From Squalus acanthias (Eukaryota), in contig CM059431.1 of assembly GCA_030390025.1 (NCBI GenBank), positions 148,926,001-148,990,000 of the forward strand: a stretch of 64,000 bases of DNA. Reading direction: 5' to 3'. Each line of letters opens with the position of its first letter. Position 1 is the first letter of the stretch. Positions 48,235 through 59,339 of this stretch are shown here, one piece after another. The notes beneath the pieces are model-generated. The model was given only the letters and a program-made list of their open reading frames with translations, had not been told where the DNA came from and did no database searches. The position numbers were made by a program, and so were the translations under genes.

Positions 48235-51200
48235 CTGGGAGTGTTTGATGGGGCAGTGCAGAGGGCGACTTACTCTGTATCTAACCCGAGCTGTACCTGC
48301 CCTGGGAGTGTTTGATGGGGCAGTTTGGAGGGAGTTTTACTCTGTATCTAACCAGTGCTTTTCCTGCTTTGGCAGTGTTAGATGGGCCAGTTTACAAGGA
48401 GCTTTCCTCTCTATCTAACTCATGCTGTACCTATACTGCGAGTGATTGATGGGTCAGTGCAGAGGAAGCTTTATTCCGTATCTAATCCGTGCTGTACCAT
48501 CCCTGGTAGTGATTGATAGGGACAGTTTCGAGGGAGCTTTACTCTTTATCTAACCCGTGCTGTATCTGCCCTGGGACTGCTTGATGGGACAGTGTAGAGG
48601 GAGCTTTGCTCTGTATCTAACCCGTACTGTACGTGCCCTGGGCTGGGTTTGATGGTACAATATAGAGGAAGCTTTACACTTTATCAAACCCTTGTGTTAC
48701 ATGCCCTGGGACAGTTAGATGGGACAGTGTGAAAGGAGATTTACTCTTTATCTAACCCGTGCTGTCCCTGCCCTGGGAGTGTTAGATGGGACAGCGTCGA
48801 GGGAGTCTCTAACCATTGCTGTACGTGCGCTGGGAGTGATTGTCGCGAGAGTGCTGTGGGAGCTTTACTCTGCATATAACCTGTGCTGTACCAGCCCTGG
48901 AACTGTTTGATGGGACAGTGTTTTTTTATTCGTTTCTTTATGTGATGGAGGCGTCGCTGGCAAGGCCAGCATTTAATGCCCATCTTTAATTGCCATTGAG
49001 AAGGTGGTTCTGAGCCGCCTTCTTGAACCGCTGCAGTCCATGTGGTGAAGGTACTCCCACAGTTCTGTTAGGTAGGGAGTTCCAGGATTTTGACCCAGCG
49101 ACGATGAAGGATCGGAGATATACTGCTGTCAGGATGATGTGTGACTTGGAAGGGAAGTTGGAGGTGGTGGAGTTCCCATGCGCTTGCTGTCCCTGTCCTT
49201 CTAGGTGGTAGAGGTCGCGGGTTTGGGAGGTGCTGCCTAAGAAGCCTTGACGGGTTGCTGTCGTGCATGTTGTAGGTGATAAACACTGCAGCCATGGTGC
49301 GCCTGTGGTGGAGGGAGTGAATGTTTAAGGTGATGGATCGGGTGCCAATCAAGCGGACTGCTTTGCCCTGTATGGTGTCGAGCTTCTTGAGTGTAGTTGG
49401 AGCAGCACTCATCCAGGCAAGTGGAGAGTATTTCATCAGACTCCTTACTTGTGCCTTGTAGATAGGCTTTAGGGAGTCAGGAGGTGAGACAGTCGCTGCA
49501 GAATAACTAGCCTCTGACCTGCTCTTGTTGCTCCAGTATTTATGTGGCTGGTCCAGTTAAGTTTCTGATCAATGGTGACCCCCAGGATGTTTATGGTGAG
49601 GAATTCGGCGATGTTAATGCCATTGAATGTCAAGGGGCGGTGGTTAGACACTCTCTGTTGGAGATAATCATTTCCTGGCACTTCTGTGGCGCGAATGTTA
49701 CCTGCCACTTATCAGCCCAAGCCCGAACTCCGTCCTGGACTTGTTGCATACGGACATTGACTTCTTCATTATCTCAGGAGTAGTGATTGGCACTGAAAAC
49801 AGTGCAGTCATCAGCGAACATCCTCATTTCTGAGCTTACGTTGGAGGAAAGGTCATCGATGAAGCAACTGAAATGGTTGGGCCTAGGACACTGCCATGAG
49901 AACTCCTGAAGCGATGTCCTGGGGCTGTGATGATTGACCTTCAATCACAACAACCATCATCCTTTGTGCTATGCAGGACTCCAGCCAGTGGAGAATGTCC
50001 TCTCCCGATTCCCATTGATTGCAATTTAATTGGGGCACCTTCATGTCACACTCGATCAAATGCTGCCTTGATGTGTAGCGGAAGAATCACTCTGTATCTC
50101 GATCGTGCTGTACCTGCCCAGGGAATGTTTGATACGGTCTGTGCAGAGGATGATTTATTCTGTATCTAACCGGTGCTGAACCTGCCAGGGAGTGTTTGAT
50201 GGGACACTGTAGAGGGAGATTTACTCTGTATCTAACCAGTGTTGTGCATGCCCTGGGAGTGATGGATGGGACGATATAGAGGAAGCTTAACTCTTTATCA
50301 ATACATTATTTTACGTGCACTGAGACTGTTGGATGGGACAGTGTAAAGGGCGATTGCATCTGTATCTAACCCGTGCTGTACCAGCCCTGGGAGTGTTTTA
50401 ATGGGACAGTGTAGATGGAGATTCACTCTGTTCCTAACCCGTGCTGTACCAACCCTGGGAGTGTGTGATGTGACAGTTCAGAGGGTGCTTTACTCTGCAG
50501 CTAACCCGTGCTGTACCTGCTCTGCGAGTGTTTGATGCGACAGTGTAGAGGAAGCTTTACTCTTTATCGAACCCGTGCTCTACCTGCCCTGGGAGTGTTT
50601 GCTAGGCCAGTGTAGAGGGAGCTTTACGCTCTTTCTAACTCGTGCTGTACCTGCCTTGGTAATGTTGCTGGGACAGTGTAGAGGGTGCTTTACACTGTTT
50701 CTAACATGTGCTGTACCTGCCCTGGGAATGTTTGATGGGACAATGCAGAGGAAGCTTGACTCTGTTTCTTACCAGTGCTTTACCTACTTTGGGGTTGCTT
50801 GATGGAACATTTCAGAAAGAGATTTATTCTGTATCGAACCCGTGCTGCACATGCCCTGGGAGTGTTTGATGGGACAATGTGAAGGAATCTTCACTTTTTA
50901 TCTAACCATTGCTTCACGTGCCGTGGGCGTGCTTGATGGGACAGAGTAGAGGGAGATTTACTCTGTATCTAAACCGTGCTGTACATATCTGGGAATGTTT
51001 GATGGGACAGTGTAGAGGAAGATGTATCTGTGTTTCACCAGAGCAGCACGTGCCCTGGGAGTATTTGATGGTACAATGTAGAGGGAGCTTTACCCCGTAT
51101 CTAACCTGTGCTTTACCTTCCCTGTCAGTGTTTGATGGGATTGTGTCGAGGGAGCTTTATTCTGTATCAAAACTGCGCTGTACCTGCCCTGGGAGTTTTT

Positions 51201-51610
51201 GATGGGGCAATGTAGAGGAAATTTACTCTATATCTAACCCGTGCTGTACCTGTCCTGGGAGTGTTTGATGTGACAGTGTAGAGGGAGCTTTACTCTCTAT
51301 CTAAACCGTTCTGTACCAGCCCTTGGAGTGCTTGACGATACTCTGTATCGAACCATTGCTGTACCTGCTTTGGGATGTTTGATTAGACAGTGTTGTTTGA
51401 GATTTACTCTGTATCTAACCCATGCTGTACCTGCCCTGGGAGTGTTTGATGGGACAGTGTAGAGGGAGTTTTATTCTCTATCTAACTCATGCTGTACCTA
51501 TCATGGCATTGTTTGTTGGGACAGTGCAGAGGAAGCTATACTCTGTGTGTCACCAGAGCTGCATGTGCCCTGGACGTGAATGATGGGACAGTGTAGATGG
51601 AGCTTTACTC
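48235..51610 (-). repeat. ~67-bp satellite, related to the ~100-bp satellite; interrupted by a LINE fragment at ~48925-50070 (-)
   Basis: Unit on + strand gggagtgtttgatgggacagtgtagagggagctttactctgtatctaacccgtgctgtacctgccct. Confidence 0.9.
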
Positions 51611-51614
51611 TTTA

Positions 51615-53170
51615 TCTCTGATATATCCCATACCACTCACAGTAACACTCTCTGATATACCCCACACCAATCACTGTAACACTCTAATATACCCCACACA
51701 CCCTTAACACGTTGATATGTCCCACACCACTCACTGTAACACTCTCTGATATACCGCACACCCCTCACTGCAACACTTTGATATATCCCGCACCACTCAC
51801 TGAATCATGCTGATATACACAACCAACACTGTATCACTCTGATATCCGCACACACCTCACTGAAAACATCTGATATACCCCACACCCCTCACTGTAACAC
51901 TCTGATATAGCCCACACATCACACTGTAACACTTTGATATACCCACACCTTTCACTATAACACTCTGATATACATAGAAACATAAAAAAAACTAGGAGCA
52001 GCAGTAGGACATTCGGCCCTTCGAGCCTGCTCATCCATTCAATATGATCATGGATGATCCTTTATCTCAATACCATATTCCAGCTATCTCCCCATACACC
52101 CCACACCACTCACTGTAACAATCTGATATATGCCGCACATTGGGCTGTTACTCCCCATACCACTCACTGTAATACTGAAAAACCTAGCACCAAAAACTGT
52201 AACAAACTCTGATGTACTCCACAACCAACACTGTAACACTCTGAATCACCCCACACTGAAACACTCTGAAATACCACACATGCCTGACTGTAAAATTCTG
52301 ATATACTCCACATCCCACAATGTAACAATCTGATATACACCACACCACTAACTGTAACACTCTGATATACCCCACAACCCAGTAACACACTGATATACAC
52401 CACACCACTCACTGTAACTCTGATATACGCCACACCCCTCATGGTAACACTCTGATATGCCCCACACCGCTCATTTTAACAGTCTGATATACCGGCAACC
52501 CTCACTGTAACTCTTTCTGATATACCCCACACCTCTCACGGTAACTCACTGATATACTCCTACACCCTCACTGTAACACACTCTGATATCCCCCACACCG
52601 CTCACTGTAAAACTCTGATATACTCCTCCCCATCACTGTAACACACTCTGATGTACCCCACCCCCTCACTCTAACACTCTGATATTCCCCACACCCCTTG
52701 CTGTAACACTCTGATATACCCCACCCTTTCACTGTAACACCCTCTGATAAACCCCACACCCTCACGGTAAAACTCTGATATACTCCATCCCATCACTGTA
52801 AAACAGTGTGATATATCCCACACCCCTCACTGTAACAATATGATATGCCCCACAACCCTCACTGTAAAACACTGACAATCCCAGACCCCTCACTTTAACA
52901 ATCTGATATACCCCACAGCCCTCGCTGTAACACTCTGACAACCCCACACCCCTTACATTAACAGTCTGATATGCCCCATACCCCTCACTGTAACACACTC
53001 TGATATACCCCACACCATTCACGGTAACACACTGATATACCCCACACCCCTCAGTGTAACACTCTGATATACCCCACACCATAAACGATAACACTCTGAA
53101 ACATGCCACACTCTGGATTGTTACACTCCACACCAGTCACTCTAATACTGATATACCTCAAACCACTCAC
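51615..53170. repeat. ~32-bp degenerate minisatellite; CR1 tail (-) inserted at ~51972-52100
   Basis: Unit ctgatataccccacacccctcactgtaacact. Confidence 0.9.
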
Positions 53171-53621
53171 TGTTGCCATTGCCATTTTAATCCAATCGGC
53201 TTCAAATTTGGTAATATGCGGTGCTTTATCAAGTACCTTTTCAAAATATAGGGAAAATGGGAAGGTGTGAGCAATGTCAATCATAAAACCATAGAATTGG
53301 TGAGCCAAGTTGTGATGACAATTTGTTTCGCGGAACATGACGCCCGCTCTGACCACATGCCTCGCCTGGTTTCAATCAGTGAATTTCAAAATCAATGATT
53401 TTATTCCCATTTTATTAATTATATTTATTTGTTGTCAGGATATGGGTGACGCTGCCAAGGCCGGTATTACTTGCCCATTCTCAGTTACCCATGATAAAAT
53501 GGTGGGCCTTCATCTTGAACCGCTGCAGTCCATGTGGTGAACGTGCTCCCACAGTACTATTACGAAAGGAATTTCAGGCTTTTGACCCAGTGACGATGAA
53601 GGAACGGTGATATATTTGAAG

Positions 53622-54030
53622 GGTACAGTAGGATAGTGGTTATGTTGCTGGACTAGTAAACCAGATGTCTGGACGAATGATCCTGAGTTCAAATCACAAC
53701 TGGGGAATTTAAATTCAATTAATTAAACTAATCTGCAATAAAAAGTTAGTGTCAGTAATGGTGATCATGAAACTACGGGATTGTCGTTAAAAACACATCT
53801 GGTTCACTAATGTCATTCAGGGAAGGAAATCTGCCGTCTTATCTATTCTCGACGAAATGTGACTCAAGACCCACAGCAATGTGGTTGACTATTAAGGACC
53901 CACTGAAATGGCCTTGCAAGCCACTCAGTTGTATGAGGCGGTTCACCACCCCCTTCTCCAGGGCTATTAGGGATGTACATTAAATGCTAGCCCTGCCTGC
54001 GACTTCCACATTCCAAGAATGAATAAAACA
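53622..54030 (+). mobile_element. SINE, paralogous copy of 5878-6290
   Basis: Head tagtggttatgtt...gagttcaaatc (A/B-box-like); LINE-shared tail ending gaatgaataaaa. Confidence 0.65.
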
Positions 54031-54226
54031 ATGATTGCTTAAAGATCATAATGATTTATAAAGGTTTATAATAGTTTTAACCAGAGCCGCCATCTTTGTG
54101 CGTGCCGCCAGGGCCGCCATCTTTTTTATGAGAATTTCCCCGGCGGCGGGTGGACAGGCCGGAGGAGAGCATCTCGCCACAATATCAGGCCCAGAGAGCT
54201 CTGAGGCTGCAAAGTCTCCACTCACA

Positions 54227-55127
54227 TCATCCTTTAATGAATTTTACAATCAGAGTAAAGGGATATTTCCCCACATTCTTCAACTGCTCTCTGAACTTAG
54301 TCTGGGTGACAGCATAAATCCCAGTGTTTGTGCAGCAACTCAGCATCTGCAGCATCAATCCTATTTCCCTTAGATAATGCGGTAGAATTATAAACACAGG
54401 CCACAAATACCATATCCGCCTCATTATGTAATACACCATATACACTGCCCATAACAGGATGAAGTTGCCGGAGATAACAAGCAGTAAAATGATGGATTTC
54501 CTGCGGCTTTCCATCTCAGGGTCTCTGGGAATCTCCCCACTGCTGGGACCCCGGAGCCTCCTGCGGGCTCTGCTGGACACTAAAATGTATCTGACGGTGA
54601 CAGCATTGAGCAGCAGAATCACCACAAATGGGACAAACGGGGTGAGAATATAATGAAGGAACTCGATTGCTCCCCAGACCCGTGACATCCGAACATCCAT
54701 TGTCACATCACAAAACCAGGGGAGATTCTGAAGCCAATACCGATCTGTAAACATAAAATACCAGAAAATGTTCTTTAAACCGCTCAGCACAGTCACTGTT
54801 CCCAAAACCACAGCCGCCGTTTCCTCGGTGCAATATTTAGTTTTCAGCTTCTGGAGACAAATAGCCACAAATCGATCAAAGGTGAAAGTGACGGTGAACC
54901 AGACAGAACAGTCTGTGGCTGCATAAAGCAGGACGGCGTGGATATTACACACGGGATGAACTCAAGGAAACGAAACTGTTCCCTAAATACAATCGGAATC
55001 TGCCTCAATATCAGGTCAAGGATAACGACCAGTAGATCAGCCGCTGCCATGGCTACCAGGTAGCGCGTGACACTTTTGGAGAGACCGCACTTTCCCCGAG
55101 AGAGGATCACAATCGTCACTAAGTTCA
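54227..55127 (-). pseudogene. GPR139-like GPCR paralogue, main exon with 1-bp frameshift
   Basis: Same acceptor ttgctcacag|; ORFs 54844-55137 and 54227-54952 are in different frames; atcccgtgtgt versus atcccggtgtgt in copy 1. Confidence 0.85.
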
Positions 55128-55714
55128 CTGTGAGCAAGGGAAATAAACAGGGAAATTATACATCAGGCTAGGAGCAAGAGCAGTAGTTTGAAGGAATTCG
55201 GGGTTAAATCTGCAATTTATTAGCGACATTCAATGATATAATATAATTCTATTACCAGTGGAGCTGAATACAGGGTTTATTGCAAGAGCAATCGGGAATA
55301 CATTGTGGAATTAAGAAATTAAACGGGGATAAATACAATATGAAAGTAACAGATGTTTGATCAATGACAGATTGAATGGTAGATCTACTTTTAGCCCAGC
55401 AGACAAAAGCTCACCCCGAAAAAAACACCGCCCGAGGTACCAGGGACAAAAAGGACTAAAACCTCTGCGGAAGCCTTCGTGTCCCGGGATCAGTCAGCAT
55501 TTGGAGCGGTGCAATTCGCTTCTGTTCCCTTGTGTTAGGGAGGGAAAATCCCGCTTGGATTCCTGCTCCTGTTTAGAATATCTATGATATATAGAACTGA
55601 AACTAAATGCAACGGTAAAATACAGAAACTGCAATCTTGGCGTGCAATAATTACAGGCAATTGGATTGAAAATGTACTGCTGTGAGATGCAGGTGCTAAG
55701 ATAATAAACACAAG

Positions 55715-55830
55715 AACCATCCGGGAAGGCGCCGAACACGTCGAGTCTCTTCGCCGGGAGCAAGCGGAAGCCAAGCGCAGGCAGCGCAAGAAGCGCACGT
55801 CAACCCAAGCACCCCACCCAGCCCCTCCCC
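55715..55830 (+). mobile_element. RTE-type LINE 3' fragment
   Basis: Homologous to the reverse complement of ~59420-59530 (RREQ.EAK...QAPH). Confidence 0.7.
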
Positions 55831-56044
55831 TCCTCAACATTGAATTCCGCAATTTCAGTCCAGAACTGCCGCCCCTACTTTTTGCAGGCGGCAGCTGCTG
55901 ATGTTTCTCCCATCCCCATTTGCCACATTTAGCCACTCCTGCCTTCCACCCTATCACAGACAGACTCTTATGTTCCTACCTCTCCCAACCTCTTTCCCTG
56001 CCACTGCAGCTGCTTAAAATCTGTTGCAGCTCTAAACATTTTCA

Positions 56045-56145
56045 GTTCTGACGAAGGTTCACAGACCTGAATATTTAACTCTTTCTCTCTCCACGGATGC
56101 TGCCTGACCTGCTGAGTGTTTTCAATATTTTCTGTTGTTATTCCA
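56045..56145 (+). mobile_element. Penelope-like terminal-repeat remnant with hammerhead-like core
   Basis: CTGACGA-AGGTT-caca-GACCT-GAAt followed by gatgctgcctgacctgctgag. Confidence 0.55.
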
Positions 56146-56480
56146 AATTATTCTTGTTGACTGCCACTGTTCAAGAATAATTTCCATAGAGATCATAGAA
56201 CCCACGACATCCCTTCTGTTAGAGGCTGGTGGTCTTTGTGCTGCGGGCAACGCGCTGATTGTGTGAGTTCACACAGTGAAGGGAGCTCCTTACTTAGAGC
56301 AGAGGAACTCCCCAAAAGACATCATTAGGCCTCACTGTAACTGACATTAATTACATTCATTGAACAAACAGACTGCTTGATCCAATGTCAACACAACACT
56401 TAACTACAACACAGTCCTAGCTCTCATTATTGTACACAGATTTTAATTAAAAGTGAGCGTAGGCACAATATTTCACACTT

Positions 56481-56660
56481 CCTCAGTCCAGGAACTTGTT
56501 TCCCAGGTCCGCCTAGACAACACTGCTCCCGACTCAGTCCAGGCATTTCATTCCCAGAGTCGCCTAGATAACACTGCTCCCGCCTCAATCCAGGAATGTC
56601 ATTCCCAGAGCAGCCAAGGTTACATGTTCCCGCCTTAGTCCAGCAAGTTGATTCCCAGGG
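56481..56660. repeat. ~51-bp tandem repeat, ~3.5 copies
   Basis: Recurrent ctcagtccagg...ttcccag...gcctaga.aacactgctccc. Confidence 0.7.
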
Positions 56661-56884
56661 CATTCTATTTGCCTGAATCTAGAACAAGAACAACAAGGTG
56701 TTTCTAATGATTGACCTCAAACAACCAATTTTGTAATGGTGCTTTACAGAGGGAGAGAAAATAATAAAACGAGCAAAGGGCTGACACCAATGAATCCAAA
56801 CAAAATGCTTACAATATTAACCAATAATATAAATACCCTGTAACCGTCTCAATACTCCATGAAACGCTCTGGAGACATTGAATT

Positions 56885-59110
56885 AACATAGAAGAAGATA
56901 GGAGCAGGAGTAGGTCCATTCGGCCCCTCGAGCCTGCTCCGCCATTCGATGAGATCATGGCTGATCATCCAAACTCAGTACCCTGTACCTGCCTTCTCCC
57001 CATATCCCTTGATACCTTTAGCTTTAAGAAATATATCTAACTCATTCTTGAATATATTTAATGACTTGGCCTCAACTACCTTCTGTGGTAGAGAATTCCA
57101 CAGGTTCACCACTCTCTGGGTGAAGAAATTCTTCCTCATTTCTGTCCTAAATGGCTTACCCATTATCCTTAGATTATGACCCCTGGTTCTGGACTCTCCG
57201 ACCATCGGGAACATTCTTCCTGCATCTAGTTTGTCCAGACCTGTCAGAATGTTATTTGTTTCGATGAGATCCCCTCTCATTCCTCTATACTCCAGCGAGT
57301 ATAAGCCCAATCGACCCAATCTCTCCTCATATGTCATTCCTGCCATCACTGGAATCAGCCTTGTGAATCGTCGCTGAACTCCTTCCATGGCAAGAACATC
57401 CTTCCTCAGAAAAGGCGACCAAAACTGCACACAGTGCTCAAGGTGTGGTCTCACCAAGGCCCTGTAAAACTGCAGCAGGACATCCCTGTTCCTATACTCA
57501 AACCCTTCCGCTATGAAGGCCAACATACCATTTGCCTTCTACACCGCCTGCTGCCCTTGCATGCTTACTTTCAGCGACTGGTGCACAAGGACACCCAGGT
57601 CTCGTTGCACTTCCCCTTCTCCCAATCTATTGCCATTCAGATAATTGTCTGCCTTTCTGTTTTTGACACCAAAGTGGATAACCTCGCATTTATCCACGTT
57701 AAATTGCATCTGCCACGCTTCTGCCCACTCACCTAACCTGTCCAAATCATCCTGGAGTTTCTCGGTATCGTCCTCCCAGCACACACTCCCAACCAGCTTT
57801 ATGTCTTCTGCAAACTTGGAGATAGTGGCCCAGAAATTAAAGACGGAGCCTTCCTGCAGGGGTAAGGCTTCCCCGCGTATTTCTCACTGCGTGCCTGCCT
57901 TTTCTTTCCAAGCTCGCACGAACTTTAGTTTCAAGACTGCAGCTGTGCAGTGTGTGCGTATCCCACAGACGCAGTTAATTCGTGCGAGCTGTGGGATCAC
58001 GTGATTCAGTTAGAGCCAATGGCAGCACACCATGTTTCATTCATAGTTTTCACAGCAAGGGCTGTCAAAGCTATGAATCTATACCCCCCAAAAGAACAGC
58101 TAAACCTCAATTATTTTTTTTAAAAACCATCACATTAATAAAATAAGTATAGTTAAATAAATTAACCACTTTAAACAAAAAATTACAATTTTGAAATTTT
58201 TTTAAATCTTTTTAAAAGTTCTAAAAATAAACTTACCTTTCTTTAAAGTCTCTAAAAATGATTTACCTGTTGAAAAAAATTCAAAATAATACTTAATTAA
58301 CTACTTACCTTGTTAAAAGAGGGTCTTACGCCTCCTTTCTTTATGTGCAAAATCTTCCATGCTTACCTGTGCGTTCAAAGCACTAAGTGCACTGCGTGTG
58401 CGCAGCCTGTAGCACGCACGCGGTTCACTACGGAACCGCCCACTTTTGAAATCACCAAGTGCCGGTTTTCAGCGCATGCGCAATGCATGCAGAAAACCGG
58501 CAATTGGAGACAGAATACGCGAGAGTACACAGTGCGTACTCTCGCATAGTAAGACTAATTTTTGGCCCATTACATTTAGTTCCCTTATCTAGATCATTAA
58601 TGTATATTGTGAATAGCTGGGGTCCAAGGACCAATCCCTGCGGTACCCCACTAGTCACTGCTTGCCACTCGAAAAAAGACCCATTAATTCCTACTCTCTG
58701 CTTTCTGTCCACCAACCAGTTCTCTATCCAAGTCAATACCTTGCCCCCAATCCCATGTGCATTAACTTTACACGCTAATCTCTTATGCGGGACCTTATCG
58801 AAAGCCTTTTGAAAGTCCAAATACACCACATCTACTGGTTCTCCCTTATCTATTTTCCCAGTTAGATCCTCAAAAAACTCCAGTAGATTAGTCAAGCACG
58901 ATTTAAATATTGTAAATCCATGTTGACTTTGTCCGATCCTGTCACTGTTTCTCAAGTGCTCAGCTATTACATCCTTTATAATGGACTCTAGCATTTTCCC
59001 CACTACCGATGTCAGGCTTACCCGTCTGTAATTCCCCGCTTTCTCTCTACCACCCTTTTTGAATAGTGGGGTAACATGAGCTACCCTCCAATCCATGGGT
59101 ACAGTTCCAG
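56885..59110 (-). mobile_element. CR1-type LINE, 5'-truncated, interrupted by a MITE
   Basis: RT motifs in ORFs 58452-59375, 57539-57784 and 56975-57526; same subfamily as 1166-2914. Confidence 0.95.
57827..58568. mobile_element. MITE, second copy of the 23371-24114 family
   Basis: Ends ggcccagaaatt / aatttttggccc; flanks AGT / ATT at host site gagat-att-acat; colinear homology with 23371-24114. Confidence 0.88.
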
Positions 59111-59339
59111 ATTCCCGTACAGTCATAGTCACAGGACCATACCTATCAGTCAACATTCCCGACTCCTCCATCACCATGCCAGGGTATATCCTGTCCACCG
59201 GCAGGAAAGACTCACCAGAGGTCGGAACACAGGGGTATAGAGTCGGCTGGGAGAGATCCTGCGAGGCCTCAACATTGCCTCTTCTTCTCTTCTTTGGCAT
59301 TACCTCGGAACCAAGGATGACTTTCATCCACACTAAAAA

